DNA of 64,000 nucleotides from Candidatus Latescibacterota bacterium (GCA_965219385.1 CBDCNM010000002.1:3048305-3112304); one strand, 5' to 3'. Numbered from the stretch's first letter, positions 45,998 through 55,864 are shown. Program-made: numbers and translations. The notes: generated by a model from the sequence alone, not told the origin.

Positions 45998-46029
45998 GAA
46001 ACTCCTTTCCGGGTTATTGAGTGTATTAT

Positions 46030-46274
46030 CAGTACTTCACGGAATCGGCGGGCGGCCGTGCGGGGATTGTGCCTCTGGCGTTTGGCGATGCTCAAGGGAG
46101 CTCTTACCTCCTCCCGCTCCCCCAGGCGGGCCTGAGTCCCAGAGCACCCTTTTCCCCTTTCTACCCCCCCCACTACCTCCTCCCTGCTGCTGCGCCCGCT
46201 CGCAGCCCCCACCGCCCTGCCGACAAGATCCCCTCCCGGCCCTTGAGGCTCATGTATGTACGGTATTTTGTGTG
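46030..46274. mobile_element. MITE-like element copy 2 (245 bp)
   Basis: Starts CAGTACTTCACGGAATCGGCGG; eroded right end; 5-bp direct repeat ATTAT on both sides. Confidence 0.7.
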
Positions 46275-46275
46275 A

Positions 46276-46407
46276 TTATTTCTTACCTCGGGTAAAAAAA
46301 TAAATCAACGCACCCACCCCGTACAGGTACAGGGCCTTCCACTCGAAAAAATACCAGGCGACCGCGGAGAGGATGACCACCATGATCCATTTATCTCTAC
46401 CACTCAT
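46276..46407 (-). CDS. Small membrane protein (43 aa)
   Basis: MSGRDKWIMVVILSAVAWYFFEWKALYLYGVGALIYFFTRGKK; GAGGTG RBS; below the ORF-track cutoff. Confidence 0.6.
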   Translation of the reverse strand: MSGRDKWIMVVILSAVAWYFFEWKALYLYGVGALIYFFTRGKK

Positions 46408-46499
46408 GCGCACCTCTAAGAGACTGTTATCGAATGCCACTTCATAATACTCCTCCTTTCAGACGCCGGCGTGCTCCAGCATCTTCTTTCTTCATGTAT

Positions 46500-47582
46500 T
46501 CACCCCATTCTCAAGCCGCGGTCTTTTAAAGGCAGGTCCACCCGCGCGTGACCAGACCGGTGGGATTGGCGCAGGGCAAGGGCGATCTCCAGGGCTTCGC
46601 GGCCAAACTCTCCCGGACAGATCCGCTCCTCGCCCAGCTCGATGGACCGGCACACCCCTTCTATGGCATCCACCATGGAACTGCGCGGATGCCAGGGGTT
46701 GGGCAGGGGAGACTGGATCAGATCCCCTGTTTCGGGATGCGTTCTCCACACTTCAAACTGGGAATGGGCATGGCGCGAGACGATCCGTCCACGCTCGCCG
46801 ATAAATTCCAGGGTCCACTGGAATACCCCAGTCTCGACCCGGGAGTTCATGAAGGCGCAGACCCCATTCTCATACATGATGTACCCCGACCCCGACAGGT
46901 CCTCGTCGCCCCGGGCTTGCTCGTCGCTGTCCATGATGCCGAAGACCCACCGGGCCGGGGCCCCGGCAAAGAGGCGGAAGAGCGCCAGGGTATGGCTCTG
47001 CAAGTTCGACAGACTGGAAGGACTGTGGCAGACCATGGAGCGCAACTCGCCAATCGCCCCGGCGGCAATCAGCTCGCGCGCCCGGGTGTAGTAGCCGTAC
47101 CAGTTGAGGTGACAGGCCATGGCCAGGATCGCCCCGTGCTTGTGACCCGCCTCGATCATGGCGTCGGCTTCGGCCAGACTGCGACACATGGGCTTGGTCG
47201 CAAAGATGGCCCTGACCCCCATCTCGGCCAGGGCCATCGCGGTTTCGGCGCGGGGACCAGGTCGGGTGGTCAAGGCGACCAGGTCCGGTTTTTCCTTTTC
47301 TACCATCGCGCGAAAATCGGTGTAGAGTGCCTCGACTCCCCAGCGGCGTTTGAATTCGGCCAGGCGGCTCTCATCCAGATCGGCTGCGGCCACCAGCTCG
47401 ACCCCACGCGCCTGGATCATGGCCGGGGCATGGGCCCAGGGCCAGGGGTAGTGCGGCATCCCCAGGTGCTCGTCGTCGATGGTGCTGCCCATGCGCCCGC
47501 ATCCGACCACGGCACCTCGGTAGGTGTGCCGTGGGGCGCTGTCCTCGATGCGCTGAAATGCTTCGCCTCTGGGTTGTGTCAT
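46500..47582 (-). CDS. Gfo/Idh/MocA family oxidoreductase
   Basis: GCGRMG; ATKP in place of EKP; SH. Confidence 0.9.
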   Translation of the reverse strand: MTQPRGEAFQRIEDSAPRHTYRGAVVGCGRMGSTIDDEHLGMPHYPWPWAHAPAMIQARGVELVAAADLDESRLAEFKRRWGVEALYTDFRAMVEKEKPDLVALTTRPGPRAETAMALAEMGVRAIFATKPMCRSLAEADAMIEAGHKHGAILAMACHLNWYGYYTRARELIAAGAIGELRSMVCHSPSSLSNLQSHTLALFRLFAGAPARWVFGIMDSDEQARGDEDLSGSGYIMYENGVCAFMNSRVETGVFQWTLEFIGERGRIVSRHAHSQFEVWRTHPETGDLIQSPLPNPWHPRSSMVDAIEGVCRSIELGEERICPGEFGREALEIALALRQSHRSGHARVDLPLKDRGLRMG

Positions 47583-48379
47583 TATTTCTCTTTATTTTTC
47601 TGCGACCCTGAAGGATGGTAGTAGGGCGCCAGCAGCAAATGAGCTTTGTCCAGGTCATCGGCCACCCGATCCAGCAACTCGGCCGAGGGCTCGCAGCCGG
47701 GCCAGTCGAGCATGTAGGAGGGCCCGTACTGATAGGACAACCACATCTCGGTGCCGCTGTTTGGAGGCGCCACGACGTGCGACAAACTCTCAGTGAACAA
47801 CACCCCCGAACCCGGCCGCAGCGGAATCTGCCGCAGCGGCGGAATCTGCGCCAGCTCGGCGCCCTCGTAGGGATGCGGCAGGTTGGCCTTGTGACTGGAG
47901 GGAATGGTGCAAAAGGCCTCGGTGTCGTCCAGGGCGATCAGGCAGGTGAGCATCAGGCAGCGGAACTGACCGTCGCCAAAACAGCGGTAGCGGGCATAGC
48001 GCCGTGGATCGACCGCCCCGGCGCCGCTCAGGCGCGCGGCTGTGCCCGCCTTCCTGTACAGGGCCCGCGATCCCACCAGACGGTACTGCTGCCCCCAGAT
48101 GAAGGCCTGCACCGGATCCAGCACCTGCGGGAGGGCCATGGCATCCTCGAGCGCCCCGCCCTCTGCGATGATGTGGAGCACTTCGCCCTTTTCCGGCACC
48201 GCCCGCCCTGCCAGCGCATTCCGCGCCTGTTTTACCTGATCCGCCGTCAGCAGATCCTCCAGCACCAGGTACCCCGCAATATCGAAAAAATGCCGGTCTT
48301 CAAAGGAGAGCTGCGACTCTCCCAGGCCGATCTGCAGATTGAAAAAATCTTCTTCCGTGGCGCGTTGGTCGGTATCCAT
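47582..48379 (-). CDS. PhyH-family (Fe/2OG dioxygenase fold) protein, metal site degenerate
   Basis: FFDIAGYLV, IPSSHK, FTESLSH; first His absent. Confidence 0.75.
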   Translation of the reverse strand: MDTDQRATEEDFFNLQIGLGESQLSFEDRHFFDIAGYLVLEDLLTADQVKQARNALAGRAVPEKGEVLHIIAEGGALEDAMALPQVLDPVQAFIWGQQYRLVGSRALYRKAGTAARLSGAGAVDPRRYARYRCFGDGQFRCLMLTCLIALDDTEAFCTIPSSHKANLPHPYEGAELAQIPPLRQIPLRPGSGVLFTESLSHVVAPPNSGTEMWLSYQYGPSYMLDWPGCEPSAELLDRVADDLDKAHLLLAPYYHPSGSQKNKEK

Positions 48380-48397
48380 CCCGCGGACCTCCAGGTT

Positions 48398-49219
48398 TCA
48401 ATCCTCGACGGCCACCGCCTCTACAAAAGGCGGCGGTCCCTGGACCAGCTCGAGCCGGCGCGGGGTAGCGCGCTGGGCAAAGTCGGGGGCGGTGAGGGCC
48501 AGGTCGCGCCAGGTGCAATGGAAGGCCGGCGCGTAGGAATAAAACAGGGTCCGCCGCACCCGGCCGCTGTGGTTTTCCACGGCGCCGTGCGACAGATCCT
48601 CGGAGAAAATCACCGCGTCCCCGGCGCGGCACGGCAGCGGCTCCACCAGCGGGTGCTCCGGATCCGGTACCTGCCCCACCAGCGGGTTGGCGAAGGTGCT
48701 TTTGTGGCTGCCGGGAATCACCGCAAAACAGCCGTCTTCGACCCCCACCTCGGTCAGGGCGTACGAAATCTTCACGCTGACGCACTTGAAGCCGCCGTCC
48801 TGAAAAACGTATTCGCTGTAGGGCAGCAACTCGGCATAGCCGTGGTGGAAGCGGAAGGCCCCCCGGCCATGGCGCGACAGAAAGGCGACCGCATCGAGTC
48901 GGCAGGGCTCGCCGATCAGCTCCTCGATACAGGGCAGGGTGGTGGGTAGATCGATCAGTTCCTCGAAGGGCCCTCCGTAACTCAAGGCGCGGCAGCTGTA
49001 ATCGCCCACCCCGCTCTCCGGCTGGATCCCCTTCTGCGAGTAGACATTGTCTTCCTGGACATAGTTGCGCGGTACTCCCAGCTTTTCCACCTCCGGGTCA
49101 CCGAGACTTTCGAGGTGGTCAATCGCCCCGTTGAGCTGCTCCACCAACTCCGCCGACAGGGCTTGGCGCACGACCAGGTAGCCGCGCAGATCGAACAGAT
49201 ATTTTTCTTCTGGTGTCAT
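48398..49219 (-). CDS. PhyH-family Fe/2OG-dependent enzyme
   Basis: YLFDLRGYL, FHHG, IPGSHK, GDAVIFSEDLSHG..R. Confidence 0.88.
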   Translation of the reverse strand: MTPEEKYLFDLRGYLVVRQALSAELVEQLNGAIDHLESLGDPEVEKLGVPRNYVQEDNVYSQKGIQPESGVGDYSCRALSYGGPFEELIDLPTTLPCIEELIGEPCRLDAVAFLSRHGRGAFRFHHGYAELLPYSEYVFQDGGFKCVSVKISYALTEVGVEDGCFAVIPGSHKSTFANPLVGQVPDPEHPLVEPLPCRAGDAVIFSEDLSHGAVENHSGRVRRTLFYSYAPAFHCTWRDLALTAPDFAQRATPRRLELVQGPPPFVEAVAVED

Positions 49220-49242
49220 AGGGTTGCTCCTCTAGTCCAAAC

Positions 49243-49899
49243 TCAAGCAAAGACCAGATCGGTAAACTCCTCGTAGCGATGGAAACCCGGCTCGGTAAAG
49301 TGCGCCGTGGAAGAGTGCTCCGGATCCTCCAGCACGCCCGGATAGTTGTAACGACACACCGCAAACTGCCACACCGAGCCGGCCTCGGGCACCTCCTCCA
49401 GGCCAAACGCCGCCCACGGCACACACAGCTCCACCGCCCAGGCATTTTCTCCTTCCGCCACCTCCACCCGCCTGGTGCTCCCGCTGTCCGGCGCTATCAC
49501 TTCATCCCAGGTAATAACCCCCTCGGTGAATTTCTGCCGCGAAGGGATGTGGATGTCCATGATCAAATCATTGGGTGTGATATGGATCTCCCAGTAATCC
49601 TCCCTGTCCTCTCCGGGCTTGATGAAAAACTCGGCCGTATCCCCCAGGGTCCACATCCTCTCATTGTCTTCCCGGGCCTCGGTGTATATCGAACGGTCTT
49701 CCAGCCAGGCATAGAAACACAGGCCCGCGTCACTACAACCCACGTAGGCCAGACCTCTTTCTTGCGGTACCTGTCCTGGCCCCTTCCACCACCGCAGCAG
49801 TTCGATGGAGTCGCAGGCACCGTACTTGTGCGGGTGTTCGGCGCCGAAATCGCTGATGGCACCGCTGACTTTCCTGCATGGAACCGATACCCTGTCCAT
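49243..49899 (-). CDS. Carbohydrate-binding family 9-like (DOMON-like) protein
   Basis: WTLGDTAEFFI, YWEIHITPN, WAVELCVPW, FH. Confidence 0.7.
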   Translation of the reverse strand: MDRVSVPCRKVSGAISDFGAEHPHKYGACDSIELLRWWKGPGQVPQERGLAYVGCSDAGLCFYAWLEDRSIYTEAREDNERMWTLGDTAEFFIKPGEDREDYWEIHITPNDLIMDIHIPSRQKFTEGVITWDEVIAPDSGSTRRVEVAEGENAWAVELCVPWAAFGLEEVPEAGSVWQFAVCRYNYPGVLEDPEHSSTAHFTEPGFHRYEEFTDLVFA

Positions 49900-49949
49900 G
49901 GTATTTCCTTTGTCTACGGGTTGCGCCTCCACGTACTCGCGGCACTTCG

Positions 49950-50645
49950 TCAGCAGTTCGCTGACCCTGTGGAGGTATCCGGCTCGAACAAAGACTCTTC
50001 AGTCTCCCCCGAGAACAAATGCACCCTGTCGGGAGCAAAGCGAAAGGGAATGTGCTCGCCGCGGTCAAAGCGGACCTCGGGATGGGTGCGCGCCTTGAAG
50101 TTGGTCCCATGCATTTCAAGGGTCAAGAACAAGTCGCTGCCCATGGGCTCGCGCACCACCACGGTGGCATGACCCGTGGCCGCCTCCACGGAGGCGACCT
50201 CGATATCTTCCGGGCGCACCCCCAGCCGTACCCGGCGGGGCGGATCAGCCATCAGACCCCGCGCCCTGGCCGGTGCGACGGCGCAGGTAAAACCGGCGCC
50301 CTGGATCTGCCATCCTCCGTCGTCGCGGAGCTGCAATTTGCCGGCGAAGAAATTCATGGGCGGGCTGCCGACAAAGCCGGCGACAAAAGCATTGGCCGGC
50401 CGGTTGTAGATCTGTTCGGGAGTGCCCAGTTGCTGCAACCCGCCGGCGTTGAGCACGGCGATGCGATCGGACATGATCAGCGCTTCGGCCTGGTCGTGGG
50501 TGACGTAGATAAAGGTCTTTTCCAGTTCGGCGTGCAGCCGTTTGAGTTCCGTGCGCATGCTGACGCGCAGTCTGGCGTCGAGATTCGACAGCGGCTCGTC
50601 GAGCAGAAACGCCCGCGGGTCGCGGACGATGGTGCGCGCCATGGC
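49950..50645 (-). pseudogene. MalK-type ABC ATPase lacking its N-terminal half
   Basis: Begins at AMARTIVRDPRAFLLDEPLSNLD; no Walker A or LSGGQ; only about 50 bp to the upstream stop. Confidence 0.85.
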
Positions 50646-50694
50646 ACCTTGCCAAAAACTCGTAAAAATCGGCCTCTCACACAAGTCGAATATC

Positions 50695-51552
50695 TCACCC
50701 GGTCACGCCGCCGCCGATGCCGTGAATGATGTAGCGTTGAAAGATGAAGGCCAGGGCCACCGGCAACAGCACCACCAGGACCCCGCCGGCCGCCACCACC
50801 GTGAAGGGGATCTGCAGTTCCTGGGCAAAATCCGAGGCCACCACGGTTACCGGCTTGGAGTAGATGGTGGACGTAAACAGCAGGGCAAAGAGGAACTCGC
50901 CCCAGGAAGCAATAAACGAAAAAATGCCCACGGCCACCATACCCGGCGCGCTCACCGGCAGGAATACGCGAAACAGGGCGCCCAGCCGGGTGCAGCCGTC
51001 CGTTCGCGCTGCTCGTTCCAGGTCGAGCGGCACGGTCTGGAAATAGCCCTTGAGGATCCAGATGGTGAAGGGCAGGGTGAAGGTGGAATGGGCCAGAATG
51101 ACCGCCAGGTGGGTGTCCAGCAGACCGTAACCACGGATGACCAGGTACATCGGGATCATGATGGCCACCCCCGGCACGCTGCGCGAGCCGAGGTAAAACA
51201 GCAGCAGGGCCAGACTGCCTCTGAAATCCACCCGCGCCAGGGCATAGGCGGCCAGCGAGCCGAAGAACAGATTGACGAACATCACTGCTGTGCCGATGAT
51301 CAGGCTATTGGCAATGGCGCGGGGAAACTGGCGCGCCGTGGCCGCGCCGATCTCGGCGCTGCGGCCCTGGCTGTGGAAGTAGAGGTGGTAGTTGGCCGCG
51401 GTGGGCTGGCGCGGCAACCAGTGCATCTGAACCGCCTCGCGCTCCTGCTTGAAACTGGCCGCCACCACCCAGGCAAACGGGGTTACAATGTAGAGGGTGG
51501 CCATCAGCACCAGCCCGTAGAGGGCCACCCATCCAGCAAATCCTCTGGTCAT
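50695..51552 (-). CDS. Carbohydrate ABC transporter permease (MalG-like)
   Basis: LERAARTDG EAA loop; TM helices. Confidence 0.92.
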   Translation of the reverse strand: MTRGFAGWVALYGLVLMATLYIVTPFAWVVAASFKQEREAVQMHWLPRQPTAANYHLYFHSQGRSAEIGAATARQFPRAIANSLIIGTAVMFVNLFFGSLAAYALARVDFRGSLALLLFYLGSRSVPGVAIMIPMYLVIRGYGLLDTHLAVILAHSTFTLPFTIWILKGYFQTVPLDLERAARTDGCTRLGALFRVFLPVSAPGMVAVGIFSFIASWGEFLFALLFTSTIYSKPVTVVASDFAQELQIPFTVVAAGGVLVVLLPVALAFIFQRYIIHGIGGGVTG

Positions 51553-51554
51553 GG

Positions 51555-52490
51555 TTACCCCTGTACGGTTCCCCGGCGGTAGAGCAGCCGCACGTAGAGC
51601 ACGGCCAGACTCATGGTGATGAGCGCGATCAGGTAGGAGTAGGCATTGGCCCGCCCGAAATCCAGGCGCCCGAAGGCTTCCTTGTAGGTCTGCCAGGCAA
51701 TGACGTAGGTCGCGTCGCCCGGTCCGCCGCCGGTGAGGGTGAAGATCAGGTCGAAAGCGCGAAAGCCGTTCATGGTCTCAAAAATGGCCACCACCATGAT
51801 GGGGTGCAGCAGCCACGGCAAGGTGATGTGGCGGAAGCGGTTCCAGGCTCTGGCCCCGTCTACCCGGGCGGCGCGGTACTGTTCGGAGGGAATCGCCTGC
51901 AGGGCGGCCAGAAAAACGATACAGGCAAAGGGCACACTGCGCCACACGTGCGCGGCAATGGCCGCGTTGAGGGCGACCACGGGCGAGGCCATGCCCAGAT
52001 AGACCCATTCCGCACCGGTCCATTGGTTGAACCTATCAACGCCGGCCTCCAGTATCTGGTTGAAGGGGCCGTATTCGCCGAACAGTCCTACCCACATCAG
52101 GCCATTGACCACCCCCGGCACGGCCCACGGGATCAACAGCAGTGAACGCACAATCCCGCGGCCCGGGAATCTTTCATTGAACAGCAAGGCGATGCCCAGG
52201 GCCACCACAATAACCAGCCCCACCGACAGACCAGTGAAGTACAGGGTCACCTGGAGGGCGTGCCAGAAGTCGTAGCCGGACAGGATCTCGGCGAAGTTGC
52301 CCAGCCCGATGAAACCGAAGGCCTCCGGGCGCCGCAGGTTGTAGCGGTGCAGGCTGAGCCAGAACGACATGCCGACCGGGTACAGGACCAGGACCAGAAT
52401 CAGCACCACGGCCGGGGCGTTGAGCAGAGAGGCAAAGAGGAACTCTCGGCGCTCCCGGGCCCTGGGGCTGGCAATGGTCTGGCGTCCCAT
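51555..52490 (-). CDS. Carbohydrate ABC transporter permease (MalF-like)
   Basis: FIGLGNF, YRAARVDGA, LTGGGPG. Confidence 0.92.
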   Translation of the reverse strand: MGRQTIASPRARERREFLFASLLNAPAVVLILVLVLYPVGMSFWLSLHRYNLRRPEAFGFIGLGNFAEILSGYDFWHALQVTLYFTGLSVGLVIVVALGIALLFNERFPGRGIVRSLLLIPWAVPGVVNGLMWVGLFGEYGPFNQILEAGVDRFNQWTGAEWVYLGMASPVVALNAAIAAHVWRSVPFACIVFLAALQAIPSEQYRAARVDGARAWNRFRHITLPWLLHPIMVVAIFETMNGFRAFDLIFTLTGGGPGDATYVIAWQTYKEAFGRLDFGRANAYSYLIALITMSLAVLYVRLLYRRGTVQG

Positions 52491-53842
52491 CAACTCCACT
52501 CCCTTTTCAACTCCCGGCAGCGCCGGGCGATGCGCCCCAACCCGTCGCGCGGGCTTTGCTGGCCCAGCAGAATCTTCTGAATTTCCGGCTGGTAGTAGAG
52601 GTTGAAGTCGGGGAACCACGGGGCCCGGATGTTTTCGCGGGCCCGCACAAAGCCGGCCTCTTCCTTGATGGCCCCGATATCGCCCCACGCCTGGGTCAGG
52701 GCGATGATTTCGGGGTCGTCCAGCAGGGACTTGAAGGCAAAGCCCAGCCCCCTGAGACGAAACCAGCGCCGCGCGGTGTAGTAGTCCCCGCTGGCGTCCT
52801 TGCCCCCGAGGAAGTTCATCAACTGCCAGGCTTGCAGTATCCTGTCCTCGCGGCAGTGGGAGGTCAGGCTGTACATCCGCGTCCATCCCAGGCTGCCCCG
52901 CTGGTCGGGCGCCAGGCTGGGGAGCGGCGCCATCTTGAAGACCTTGGCGTGTTGCACCCCGGGCCGATTCTGCAATTCGGCCTCGACCACGGCTGCGTTC
53001 CTGCGGTTGTTGACCCACTCCAGATCGTACTTGTTGATCAGGGCAAAGGCCTGGCGCCCGGCCGCGATGTTCTCGCGGATGAGTCCCATGGTCAGGGAGT
53101 TTGGGTCGATGATGCGGTGGCGGTGAATCCCGTCCACAATCCACTGGAGGATGTGCTCGGCGCGCCGGTCCTGGTCGTCGGGGAAAATGGGATTCAGGCC
53201 TTCGTCGAACAGGTCCACTTCGCTGGCGTAGTTCAGGGCCCACCAGTCGTTGAAGCCGGTGACTGCCTGGCGGAAGCCCAGGACGATGGGGTATTCCACC
53301 ACGGCTTGGTCCGGGGTGGGCAGCCGCCGTTCTTTGATCTTGACGGCCTGTTCGGTAAGCTCATCCAGGGTCCGCGCCGGGTGCTCGAAGCCGGCGGTCT
53401 GGAGCATCTTGTGGTTGTAGATCCAGATGGTGAAGTCGGTGTAGTAGGGCAGGCCGTAGCGCTTGCCTTGGTAGCGCATGGCCTCGAGGTTGTAAGGGAA
53501 GATGTCCTCCTGGTCCTGGCCGGTGCCGGGCAGGTCGTCGCAGGGGCGCAGCCAGCCGGCCTCGACCCACTCGGCAAAGTCGTCGTCCCGCACGTAACAG
53601 CAATCGAGGGGGGTCTGGCCGACCAGGAGGGCGACCATTTTGTCGTGATAGCTGCCGGATACGGCCTCGTAGGCTACCTGGATGCCGCTCTGGCGTTCGA
53701 AGAATTCGATGTTTTCGCGCACCAGGTCCGGCTCGTAGGCCCAGCCTTTGAACACTACGCCGGGCGGAGACTTGGGGGTGCAGCCGGTGGCCAGGCCGAG
53801 GCCGGCCAGGGCAGAGGTTTTGAGGAAGTGGCGCCGTTTCAT
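52490..53842 (-). CDS. Extracellular solute-binding lipoprotein, Tat signal
   Basis: KRRHFLK, LATGC lipobox, YGLPY, YNHKML. Confidence 0.9.
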   Translation of the reverse strand: MKRRHFLKTSALAGLGLATGCTPKSPPGVVFKGWAYEPDLVRENIEFFERQSGIQVAYEAVSGSYHDKMVALLVGQTPLDCCYVRDDDFAEWVEAGWLRPCDDLPGTGQDQEDIFPYNLEAMRYQGKRYGLPYYTDFTIWIYNHKMLQTAGFEHPARTLDELTEQAVKIKERRLPTPDQAVVEYPIVLGFRQAVTGFNDWWALNYASEVDLFDEGLNPIFPDDQDRRAEHILQWIVDGIHRHRIIDPNSLTMGLIRENIAAGRQAFALINKYDLEWVNNRRNAAVVEAELQNRPGVQHAKVFKMAPLPSLAPDQRGSLGWTRMYSLTSHCREDRILQAWQLMNFLGGKDASGDYYTARRWFRLRGLGFAFKSLLDDPEIIALTQAWGDIGAIKEEAGFVRARENIRAPWFPDFNLYYQPEIQKILLGQQSPRDGLGRIARRCRELKREWS

Positions 53843-53843
53843 G

Positions 53844-54091
53844 CTTACTTTGCCGAAATCTATTGGGGGTTGGCCGGAAGGGGACCTTTCCTCTGGCGTT
53901 TTGTGAGTCCCAGATGGTTGAGCGACCTTTCCCTGGTTGTCGGGCTCGCCTCAGGCGCTGCCCCGAAGAGCGGCCGGCCTCCTTAGTCTATTCCTCCCCT
54001 CCCTGCTGCGCCCGCTCGCAGCCCCTACCGCCCTGCCGGCAACATCCCCTTCCGGCCTTGAGACCTCTATACCTGCGCTGTTTTGTGGCTG
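53844..54091. mobile_element. MITE-like element copy 3 (diverged)
   Basis: Shares CCTCTGGCGTTT, CTGCTGCGCCCGCTCGCAGCCCC, ACCGCCCTGCCG and CCGGCCTTGAG, in order, with 46030-46274. Confidence 0.6.
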
Positions 54092-54233
54092 ACAGTTTAT
54101 GAAATTGAAAATTTTGATTTTAAGAAAACCGGCCGGCCCTGTCAAAGGCGAACAACCCGGTTGCAGACCGGGATATTTCGCTTTATAATTCTCTGCGGGT
54201 GCCAATCGCAGACCTTCTACATGGAGCACTTTT

Positions 54234-55079
54234 ATGATCCCCGATGAATTCCGGCTTTCCCCCGAGCAACTCGCCTTCTTCGACACCTTTGGCTTTCTGG
54301 CCTTTCCCGGCATCCTGGACGACCGCATCGACGAGATCAGCGAAGAATTCGAGGGTTTGTGGGCCGCCCAGGGCGGGGGGCACCACGGCCGGACGCACGA
54401 CTTTGAACGGCGCTCGTGCATAGTGCCCTGCATCGACCGCAGCCAGATTCTTTCCAGCCTGCTCGACGACCCGCGCGTCCTCGGCATCACCACCAGTCTG
54501 CTGGGAGACGACTTCAATTACATGGGCAGCGACGGCAACCTCTACGCCGGGGATACCGGCTGGCATTCGGACGGCTGGCATCGCGACATCCTGCACATCA
54601 AGATCGCGTTCTACCTGGATCCCGTAACCCGCGACAACGGCTGTCTGCGAGTCATACCCGGTAGTCACAAAATAAACGATGCGTATGCCCAGGGTCTGCA
54701 AGAGCAGATCCGCGAAAGCCCGGAGCACTGGGGGGTCGCCGGCGCCGAGGTACCGGCCCAGGCGCTCGAGACCCGGCCGGGCGATCTGGTCTGCTTCAAC
54801 CACAACACCAAACACGCGGCCTTCGGCGGGTCTGGCCGGCGCCGGATGTTTACCATGAATTGCTGCCAGCGCTACCCGGAAGACCAGATCCAGGACCTGC
54901 GCAACTACATGGCCGGCGCGGCCCGCTTCTGGGTCGAGCGAGCCTACGGCGCAGCCATGATTGAAACGGCGGGGTCGGAGCGCATGGTCCACCTCGAACA
55001 ATGCCTGGCCAACGACGACCACCTCGCCGAGCTTTCGCGCCAGGCGCGAGAGAAAATGAGCGAACCATCCAGGGGATAA
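54234..55079 (+). CDS. PhyH-family Fe/2OG dioxygenase
   Basis: WHSD, IPGSH, distal H in NHNTKH, RR. Confidence 0.9.
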   Translation: MIPDEFRLSPEQLAFFDTFGFLAFPGILDDRIDEISEEFEGLWAAQGGGHHGRTHDFERRSCIVPCIDRSQILSSLLDDPRVLGITTSLLGDDFNYMGSDGNLYAGDTGWHSDGWHRDILHIKIAFYLDPVTRDNGCLRVIPGSHKINDAYAQGLQEQIRESPEHWGVAGAEVPAQALETRPGDLVCFNHNTKHAAFGGSGRRRMFTMNCCQRYPEDQIQDLRNYMAGAARFWVERAYGAAMIETAGSERMVHLEQCLANDDHLAELSRQAREKMSEPSRG

Positions 55080-55081
55080 GA

Positions 55082-55864
55082 ATGAAAGTCGAACTCAATG
55101 GCAAGATCGCACTGGTGACCGGCGCCGGCCATGGTATTGGCCAGGCCATTGCCGACGCCATGGCGCAGAATGGAGCCACCGTGTTCTACACCGACATCGA
55201 CGGCCCCGCGGCCACGGCGGCCGCGGCGCGTTCCGCGGGCTGCCATGCCCTCGAGATGGACGTCACCAACCCGGAACAAATCCGTGCCGTGATCGAGCAG
55301 GTCGCGGCGGACCACGGCGGCCTGGACATCCTGGTCAACAATGCCGGCGTCAATACCCTGGCCCATCGCGTGACCGTCGACGAGTTCCCGCGCGAGGAGT
55401 GGGACCGGATTTTAAACGTGGATCTGAACGGACTTTTCCAGGTGAGCCAGATCGGTGCCGGAGCCATGAAAAAGCAGGGCCAGGGCCGCATCATCAACAT
55501 CGCCTCCATCGCCGGTCTGGTACCGCTGCGGCTGCAGTGCGCCTTTATCGCGGCCAAGGCAGGGGTGGTCAATCTCACCCGGGCCATGGCCATTGAACTG
55601 GCACCTGCCGGCATCCTGGTCAACGGCATTGCGCCGGGATCGACCCTGACGGCCGGAACCCGGGATTTGTTTTACGGCGACGACGGCAAGTTCAAAGAGT
55701 CCATGCAGGAACTTCTGGACCACATTCCGCTGGCGCGTCCGGCCGAAGTCGAAGAAATCGCCCAGGGCGCCCTCTTCCTGGCCGATCCCGACAACACCTA
55801 CGTCACCGGCCATATCCTGGTGATTGATGGTGGCTGGACAGCGGGGTACGTGAGGAATTTCTGA
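55082..55864 (+). CDS. Short-chain dehydrogenase/reductase
   Basis: TGAGHGIG, NNAG, FIAAK at the YxxxK position, IDGG. Confidence 0.92.
   Translation: MKVELNGKIALVTGAGHGIGQAIADAMAQNGATVFYTDIDGPAATAAAARSAGCHALEMDVTNPEQIRAVIEQVAADHGGLDILVNNAGVNTLAHRVTVDEFPREEWDRILNVDLNGLFQVSQIGAGAMKKQGQGRIINIASIAGLVPLRLQCAFIAAKAGVVNLTRAMAIELAPAGILVNGIAPGSTLTAGTRDLFYGDDGKFKESMQELLDHIPLARPAEVEEIAQGALFLADPDNTYVTGHILVIDGGWTAGYVRNF

Noticed and set aside
51555..53243. 562-aa extended permease
   Set aside because: The upstream part is an alternate frame of the binding-protein gene; the likely start is 52490
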